From Eledone cirrhosa (lineage: Eukaryota), in NCBI GenBank assembly GCA_964016885.1, contig OZ024741.1, positions 69,998,001-70,062,000 of the forward strand: a stretch of 64,000 nt of DNA, in the 5' to 3' direction. Shown here piece after piece: positions 54,081 to 64,000 of this stretch. Positions within the stretch are counted from its first letter, which is position 1, and each line of letters starts with the position of its first letter. The notes beneath the pieces were generated by a model. It had not been told where the DNA came from. It saw only the letters and a program-made list of their open reading frames with translations, and ran no database searches. A program made the position numbers and the translations under genes.

Positions 54081-56244
54081 CTTCTCCCTCTCCCTCCTTC
54101 TCTGTAAGAAATCGGCTGTGTTCAGCCCTGGAAAGGATGAGCTCCACCATGTTTAAAGTGCCAATGGCGCCTCTACGGCCCCATAATAAACTATGGGTTC
54201 GTACATACATTTTTACAATTAAAAAACAAAAAAACAAAAACAAATAAGAGAATGAAAATGGGAAGAAATGGATTGACTGGAGAATATATTTCAGCCTGCC
54301 CGACGCAAACAAGTGATACCCACTGCTTTCTATATGGCGGGGTTCTTCCGTAGGCATGATAGCATCATCCCGATTTGACGGAGGAAAATGGTAGACTGGG
54401 TGCCGACGACACCTGGGACTGAAATGGCGTTTGGTATAAAAAGGAATCGGTCAGTCAAAGCCTAATATATAGCCATCCTCCTTTCTTCTGCATTGCGGGT
54501 GGCAGCAACCGGGTATATTACCATCCCAAATTGATTTATATAAGCAGTGAAAAATCAGCCGTCATTGAAATTATGCATAGTTCCAGATGGTAGGGTAAGA
54601 GAATACAACACAAGACCGTGGAAAAACATCAAAGTGGCGGGAATAGTTTTGGGTCGGGCCTGGTAAATTGCTATTAAAGGGACATCTAATAAAATATAGA
54701 TAAAATTTAAATGCAATAACCGCTCAAACAATGAATGGAAAGACTACAATGGTTGGGTTGTTAAACGAGAGAAACATTATGAGAGGAGTGTTCGTGTAAT
54801 AAAATAAATTCAATCTCAATGGTCTGTAAAATTTCAATTTGTTTTTTTTTTATCTTTTATCTGTTGGAACGTGGAACGTGTAAGCAAATCAATGAACCGC
54901 GACTGAACCTAGATAACCAGTGGTTCCGAAAGAAATCGCTAAGTTCATGTTACTATAAAAACAATTACTAGTAATGGTTTCTTAATTAGACTAGGAGCCA
55001 CTTTTATAGTTGTTATGCTATAGAGAGCCAATGAATGTGATGTTTCACACTTGTGGCATATTTTCGAGAAGAAATCGCATCGAAATTCGTGAAGTGAATC
55101 TCTAACACACGTTGCACCAAGGTGGTGTAGCTTGTGACTTCTTTAAAGGGAAAGAAATGAGATTGTGTGATGTTTATGCCTTTATTAGGAACACACAGAG
55201 AATCTGAAGACGAGTGGAAAGTAAATCGAGTTCTGCTTCAAAACAAATCTTTATCATCGACATCGCCGTCGCCGCCGAAGTCAACGTCATCGTTTTTATT
55301 ATTATTATCACGGGTGGTGGATGGGCAGTATCGGTAGAGTGTCGGACAATATGTTTAATGGCATAGAGTTAAATCACTTTACGTTCTGAATTCAAATCTC
55401 GCCCTTGCCATCTTTATGGGGTTGATAAAATAAAGTATCAGTAACACACTGGGGTCGATTCAATCAACTTTCCCCTCCCCAAAATTGTTGGCATTGTGCT
55501 TAGTGACCTCTTGACTCTGTTTCCTCATAAACTTCTTAATAATTGTATTGGGGTGGAGTAGATCCGTTACCTCACAATGAGATTTTCCGATTCAAAATGA
55601 GTGATAGCGAGATGAAGAAGTAGGACAAACTTGATAAAAAAAGGCGTAGATTACGATTGTGTTGATGAAATAAACAAAATTCAATCTTTTAAAAATACTT
55701 TTATTATTGCATTCATTTATTGAATTTGCATTCGGCAAAAAGTAAACTGGGAAATTATTTCATCATGGCTTCTAATTCTATGTTGATGCATTCCTAATGC
55801 TGCAATACTGGGCACAAATTCTTCCCTTAACCGCGATAGAGGGACATAGATGTTTCCTTACTGGAAGTCAGAGAAGCTAAAGAAAAAGGAGCTGATTACC
55901 AGATTATCGGATCAATAGTTTTTCTATTGTTGATACTATCTACTGGTCGCAACTTTTGATCATAAATAATCAGAATAATGTCATAGATTTTATACTGGAA
56001 TGTAATGTCACTTCTAATATTGAAAATTGCGAATATATATATAGTGTTTCTGAAGAAGACGGTTGATCTAACAGGTATTTAGAGATTAGAAATAGCTAGT
56101 AGCCTAACCACTACCATGCTAATCGATACATCGATCTTCCACAATCAATCAACCCTCTCAAACGATAGTAAACAATGAACAAATTAACTACCTACGTCTG
56201 ACTTCTGTCTTTTTGTTCATTGTGTGTGTGTGTGTGTGTGTATG

Positions 56245-56276
<32 letters not shown>

Positions 56277-56277
<1 letters not shown>

Positions 56278-57270
56278 TCATTAAGAACAACAACAGAAGA
56301 ATGGACTGGAAACTTTATGATATTTATTCCGCGGAAATACTATACATATTTCAATGGCCTAGCATCATCATTCGAATATAATGCCAGACTCAGGCGATTT
56401 CATCAGGTATTAATTGCAGGATTAGTTATATAAGAGAACGTGATTTTGACCAACTCAAATAGAAAATAGAGGACCTATTTTGATTCGGGGAAGGCCCGGA
56501 CCTGCCGTTACAACAACACGGATTCGGCGGGCCTTTCTCGAATCAATATCGGTCCTCTATTTTCTATTTGTTTTCGCCAAAATCACGTTCTCTTATATAA
56601 CTAATCCTGCAATTAATACCTGATGAAGCTAGGACATTGAAATACATATAGCGTTTTCGTGGAATAAATATTTTAAGAGAGTATTGAAGTTTGCTTGAAG
56701 CATTGTGGAACAATAAGTAAATATCTTTAAGTCGTTTGGAAGCCTCGACAATGCAAATGGGTAAATCTCCGGGTAACAAGGTCCGGTGGTGGAGAGAGAG
56801 ATGTAAGTGGGTGTACGTTGAGATGCGTGGTGTGTATAAGATGTGTGAGATGTGTAGAATGAAGGGAAGAGTATAAAGGATAAAAATAAAAATAACAACA
56901 CAAGAGCGAGTTACTTTGGGAGAGATTTAATAGGCCGACAGACAACCTTTTCCCCCACCCCGGAAAAAAACCCCAGTTGATGGATGTGAATCCGAAATAT
57001 ATATGGACTATTAAATCTCTCCCAAGGTAACTCTCTCTTGTGTTGTTATTTTTATTTTTATCCTTTATACTCTTCCCTTCATTCTACACATCTCACACAT
57101 CTTATACACACCACGCATCTCAACGTACACCCACTTACATCTCTCTCTCCACCACCGGACCTTGTTACCCGGAGATTTACCCATTTGCATTGTCGAGGCT
57201 TCCAAACGACTTAAAGATATTTAAATATTTTAAAGTTTCCAGTCCAGCCTTCTGTTGTTCTTAATGAATA
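56277..57270. mobile_element. Nested fold-back elements
   Basis: The outer palindrome (centre about 56510, HHR-like CTGATGA..GAAA motif) is interrupted by an inner palindrome at 56677-57221, flanked by a 12-bp duplication taaatattttaa (56665-56676 and 57222-57233). Confidence 0.75.
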
Positions 57271-57385
57271 TTTCACTCCGTCTCTGCACCAACCACTGGA
57301 TACCACATCTACGATGGGTAATCTGCATCGTTTACTAACCGGAATCACCAGTTTCACCCATTGGTAAACAACGTAACATAAATGG

Positions 57386-57464
<79 letters not shown>

Positions 57465-57496
57465 ATATATATATTTTATATATATTTTATATATAT

Positions 57497-60400
57497 TTAA
57501 TAATGCCCTAGCTAACTCAGGTTACTCTGGTAAAATACGTTATAATGAGAACAACATTAGAAAGTCTCCGTTTACCCATAATAATAATAATAACATAATA
57601 TCCCATAATATGGCCATGAATGGGAGTAGAAAGCATAAGAATCGTAGAAATCCCATAGGTGTATCCGAACCAATCCATAGGTTAAGCTACCGTAATCGTA
57701 ATAGTGAGTCTAATGGTACACTTTTCGGGATTAGTTCTAGGGAACAAGTTAGGCACTCTGATCGCTCACCCAGTGGTAATGTTTTTACTAATTCTAATAG
57801 TGTTGTTTCAACTGATCCTGGTATTAACCCTAATCCTATTGATATGATTCCAGATAACAGTAGATATACTAAAGGTAGAAACAGAAGGAGACTCAATAGG
57901 GTTTTGGCTGCTTCTAATAATGTTGTTTCAACTAGTCCTCGCAGTAACCTGATCCTATTAGTGGGATACTGGATAACGGTAGAGTTGGTAAGGATAGAAA
58001 TAGGAGGAGACTCAATACTTATTTTAACCCGCCTTATGATCATGAAGTATTAACTAACATCCCTAGGTCTTTCTTTTCTATCTTAGAGAAAAATTTCCCT
58101 CCTAATAAATACCATGGTATTTTTAATAAAAATGTAATTAAACTATCATTCTCTACCACCCCTAATATTAGTTCTCATTTAGCTAGCACTAACAATAGGA
58201 AAATTAGGGACAGCTACTCCTCTTTGCGTACTACTAGTTTTGATAGATCCATTAATGCCTTACCACCTGAGCAGACCTTATCTTATAATAACCCTTTTGG
58301 TGTCACACTTTTAAACTGTTGTTTTACTCTGGACGATAATGTTTAGATTTTTTTTTTTCCCCTATTTATGCATCACTCATTCAGCCGGTCAATAGCACCC
58401 GGAAGTGTAACTGTAGAGTAAGTATTAACTGCCCTTTAAATGGTCACTGCCTCTCTAGGAACATTGTTTATGCTTGTGAAGTTAAGACTAATTCTTCTAA
58501 TAGCACATATATAGGCTCCACATCTAATACTTTTAAAACTAGGTTAATTCTCATATCTCTAATTTTAAGCATGTTAAGTTTAAGAACTCTACTTCTTTAG
58601 CACACCATATCTGGGATCTTAAAGGGGCTGGTATGCCATATAGCCTTAATTGGTGTATAGTAGCACGCTCTAATAACCTATCAACACACACTAAGTTCTG
58701 TAATCTCTGTATCCTAGAGACCCACTCTATAATTTACTCTAGGGAAGTTTTGCTTAATAGAAAGTCTGAGATATTTTCTTCCTGCCCCCATGCCATTTCT
58801 AATTCTTTCTTCTATTATAGACCTAAAAGTTCTGGTAGTTTAAATCGTATCCATTAGCTGCTATATTTCCTTATCTTTTTTGTTTAGGTTCATTTTGATT
58901 ACCATCATCATTATTATTATTAGTTTTTTACAGCTTTTCGATTTTAGTTTCCATAGTCTTTTGGCTACCATACCATATCTATCTTCTTAAGCATTATTAT
59001 AGTTTCACTACTAACACCTTATGAGTTTATATCTTATTAAATACTTTGTTTGGAGTCTCATTCAACTAATGAACCTCCTCCTCTACACACTTAATATCCG
59101 CCCCTTCTATTATACTATATATAAATCTCACCTTTATGCTCCTTTTTATGATATTATATAATATATTGATTTTAATTTTATGCTCCTTCCTATCCTCCAT
59201 AACCTCTCTTCTTTCTGTTCCCATTGGTCTACCATAGTTCTATTTAGAGTTCTTTTATTTGATAACGTTATTCGACTGAACGGAGCATATTTTACTCTAT
59301 TCTTGATAATTTTATTGAGATATCTTAAACTTATACGATTTTGATGACTTAAACACTAGCCAATTTTGAAGTGACTAGATATGTATTTTAAATACTTTTA
59401 ATATTAATTAATTTAAAAAGGTTTTCTAGTCAACTCTCCGGTTTACATTTCTATCTTTTTTCTTTTACTTAACCGCTTGTGACACCTAAGTAAATATACT
59501 TGTTTTTGTTTTTCGATCTTCGGTTTATTTTATTTATTTTTTTACTACCACACGCTGTCTGTCTGATCATGTAATTTCATTAATATATGTCTGTGTATGT
59601 CAACCACGTAAATATGTATATTAAGCATTTCCTTACACTCTGTTTGCTATTTGATATTAACGTTGTTATATCATATCATTTTTATGTAATCGTATTATAC
59701 ATTTTAATATATGTCTGTTATTTGAGGTACTGTTCTGTTATATTTTGTAATATTTTGTGATATTTTGGTAATATTTATGCCAATGTAAAATGATTTGACC
59801 TCCGTGTATTTGTTACAATGGTATAGATATTTTTTCAACACAATTTAGTTCTATATGATTTTTTTCTTACCCTGTGTAAAACTTTATACTATTTGTTAAC
59901 CTTGAATTATATGTATGATGTAATTTTGTATATCTTTTGATGCCAATATATTATAATATTGTTATTATAATGTTATTATAATGTTTTTATATTGTTTATG
60001 CACACTGACAGGGAATTATATATTATATTTTATTTTTATTTTTATCTTTATTCTTATTTTTATCTTTATTATATTATACTGTAAACAATATATATATATA
60101 TATTTAAATACTTAATAAGTGTTAGTTTGTGTATATATATACATATATTAAGCTTTTGATTATCACCATCTATTATATTATATATTCTATATCGTACTGT
60201 AATTCTCGCATTATATTACCATTTGTGTTTCAAGTTTTTGCATTATACAATATTTGCAATGTGGGTTCAATATGTTAATCACTTCCTTGCTATTTGGTCT
60301 ATATCTATGTTTGTAACTGCTCACTCTTAATCTTAGCCGACTTTTCCTTGATATCTTTCCTAAGCTTTAATAGATGTATACTCCATATTCTTCTGAGTTT

Positions 60401-60840
60401 TAGGCTTGTATTGGGCGATAGTGCTTCTTGTAGCTTTACTTGCCCTGATGAGTCCTTAATAGGACGAAACATTGTTGGCTAATAAAGACTTTTGATGTAT
60501 TGAAGGCTTCTTTGGTTTATTTTTTATAATTCTTCGGCTCTGTTTAATTACATTGAACTATATCTTATACTATCAATTTGTCTCTGGATGTTTACTGAGG
60601 AGAGCGGGACATGATATTCCTACACTTATTTAACTCGAAACATATTTGGATCTTAAAGTCTAAACTTATCTACGGAACAGGTTTGATTTTGAAATTTAAA
60701 TGTGTATAAACATCACGGCCTTTTGGCAATACAGTTCGTCTCCGTTGATTTATTATTTTAAATCGATATGGACAAACTGTAGTATAATAATTAGTATACT
60801 TCAATCTGGCTAAATTTTTCTTTTGCAATATATATACAGA
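57497..60840 (+). mobile_element. 5'-truncated Penelope-like retroelement (linker, GIY-YIG endonuclease relic, pLTR with HHR)
   Basis: Frameshifted FNNALANSGY, YFNPPY, IFNKNVIKLSFS, CNCR..CPLNGHCL..NIVY..YIGST..FKTR, STSLAHHIWDLK, CNLCILE..LLNRKSE..SCPH. Bounded by (TA)n. Confidence 0.85.
60442..60479 (+). ncRNA. Minimal hammerhead ribozyme in a Penelope pLTR
   Basis: gcc-CTGATGA-gtcct(taat)aggac-GAAA-catt-GTT^-ggc followed by AATAAA, downstream of a GIY-YIG relic. Confidence 0.8.
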
Positions 60841-60872
60841 TGTGTTGGTATCTGTGTTTCATCACTTACATA

Positions 60873-60929
<57 letters not shown>

Positions 60930-60951
60930 AGAATTAAAATACTAGAGTGTG

Positions 60952-61043
<92 letters not shown>

Positions 61044-61194
61044 TGTGTGTGTGTGACTTTTAAAAAAATTCACAATTTTCTATTTTTATAAATATGTTGT
61101 AATTATTTCAATATAATCGTAATCTACGCCATCGAAAATGTATCTCTGCTAAGTTTCAATAAAAATTAATAAATTCTTAACGAAACAAAATGGT

Positions 61195-61225
<31 letters not shown>

Positions 61226-61599
61226 TCTACTGTAGTTGCATGTATGTATGACCCCATGACCCCTCAGGGAGCCGTAAGGCTATGTGTGTTGATCATTTAA
61301 AGCTTGTTATAGCCCATCCCCTCGACCGGTCTGAACACAGCCAATTTCTTCCAGATAACTATTTCAATCATATCTCATTTTGTTTGACGCGTTTAGCTTG
61401 TTCGCTTTTTTGGCTATGGTGGCTATGGCTTCTTAACCATCGTCTCAGCGTGTATGACCATTTTAACTTTTGTTTATAGCTCTGTTATCCTCTTCATATG
61501 CATGGAGCGCTTGTCTGCACAATATGGAAGTTGCGTTTCGCTAATTTCTACCCGCCGAAATGCGATTCTCGGTAAATTTATATATATATATATATATAG

Positions 61600-61688
<89 letters not shown>

Positions 61689-62934
61689 GAGAGAATCGAC
61701 TCCAGTACTTGACTGGTACTTTTTTTTATCGACTTCGAAAGAATGAAAGGTAAACTGACTTCGTTAGGATTTGACATCTGAATGTAGAGAGCTGGAAGCA
61801 ATACCGCAAGGCATTCTACTTGACTGACCATAGAGGAGGATATAAAAAAAACGGCAAGTCAATGTGAGGGCGTTACCGTATTTCTCGGCATCAAAGACGC
61901 TACTTTTTTTTTTCCTAAAATAAGTCTCAAAAATCTACCACGAGTCCTGGATGCCGAAGGTTGTTTATTACTTTTTTTTTTATTTTTGGTTGTCAAAATT
62001 AGGGTACGTCCTCGAGAACGAAGCGTCTTCGGCGCCGGGAAATACGGTAAATAAATTGTCAATCTTTCATCCCTCCTCTCCTGATTCTGATTTCCAACCA
62101 CAGCCTCCCTTCTAATTTCAAATAAAGTTTTGTTTTTTAGGTAATGTAGGGAGAGAGACCCATCGATTTAATCAACCCCCAGTATTTCACTGGAACTTTA
62201 TTTTATCAACTCCAGTAAGATGCGGGATTTGAACTCAGAACTTGAACCAGAACGAATACCGTAAGGTATTTTATTAGACGCTCTTACGATTCCTATAGTT
62301 ATCCACGTTCATCTTGTATTTCAAAATAATGAAAGATAAGATTACAAATTATGCTTATCTTGGAATTTTACACTTAGTAGTAAACGCGGTCGGCTTAGCA
62401 TCTAAAAAATGTTACAAATCTAGTGTAATAAAACAGCAATGTAAAATACATTATAAATATATATACATAAACAAGTAATAAATACACGAATAAAAATGAT
62501 TAAAATTATTAAAAGGATATATATTCTTCTTTAATTACAGGAAGAAGAAAATATAAAACAGCTACATCAACAACTATTTACGGGAATTGAACATTGATTT
62601 GTATTGGAGTGGAGTATAGTCGTCGCCTCACAGTGAGATGTTTCAGATTCAGAACGACGAAGGGCGAGGGAGGGATAGAAAACAAATAAAACAAAAAATA
62701 GAAATAGAAAAATAACAAACAAAAAAACAAAACAACACAACCTCAAAGTGAAAAGTACGATCATACCGCCTCCAATGAAAAAGCTTAAAAAGATATAAAA
62801 ACTAAAATGGAAAAAGCAGACGACCGCATTTCTAAACAGTCATTTCTGGTACAAAACACTAAAACCGTTTGCTTCCTGGGTCGACAACACACACAAACAC
62901 ACACCGTATATTTATGTATGTATATGTATGTATG

Positions 62935-63066
<132 letters not shown>

Positions 63067-63324
63067 CCACTTTAACCGACCGTTTTTGATCGGTTCGTCT
63101 TGCTATTTACACCCACTCGCAAAAACAAAAAAAAGTTGATACGCTTTTCATCCTATATATTCATTTTTTTTTTCTCGAATAACATTTTAAACAGAAAACT
63201 TCCATCTGTTATTGTTATTAATAAGCTAAACCATACTGGTATATTTGTTGCAAGTACTCAACACATAAACCACAAACGGACCTGCTTCTACGAACAGGAA
63301 CACACACAGACTCTCTCTCACTCT

Positions 63325-64000
<676 letters not shown>

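Noticed and set aside
62567-62850. Hydrophobic minus-strand ORFs as a possible signal-peptide exon
   Set aside because: Low-complexity T-rich sequence, with in-frame stops before a compatible donor.

Overview
AT-rich animal genomic DNA, dense in microsatellites and repeats. It is most likely a coleoid cephalopod (Octopus-like), inferred from the SINE type and the (TA)n density. The only host gene supported is Wnt4 on the minus strand, with two internal coding exons (10257-10492 and 301-578). Exon 1 was not located with confidence and the last exon lies left of the window. The rest is intronic or intergenic DNA filled with tRNA-derived SINEs, MITEs, a mariner relic, an R4/Dong-like RLE LINE in (TACA)n, other LINE relics, a hAT-like relic, a Helitron and two Penelope-like elements. 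The main feature is a 6.2 kb array (about 45191-51380) of about 20 near-identical 310-bp units. Each unit carries a complete type I hammerhead ribozyme, and the array is arranged as one giant head-to-head palindrome inside a (TA)n microsatellite. About ten other sequence-unrelated hammerhead-bearing families occur in the window, nearly all next to (TA)n, and many share the head-to-head fold-back layout. This suggests a Penelope-driven, TA-targeted retrozyme system. Most ORF-track entries are microsatellite artefacts.
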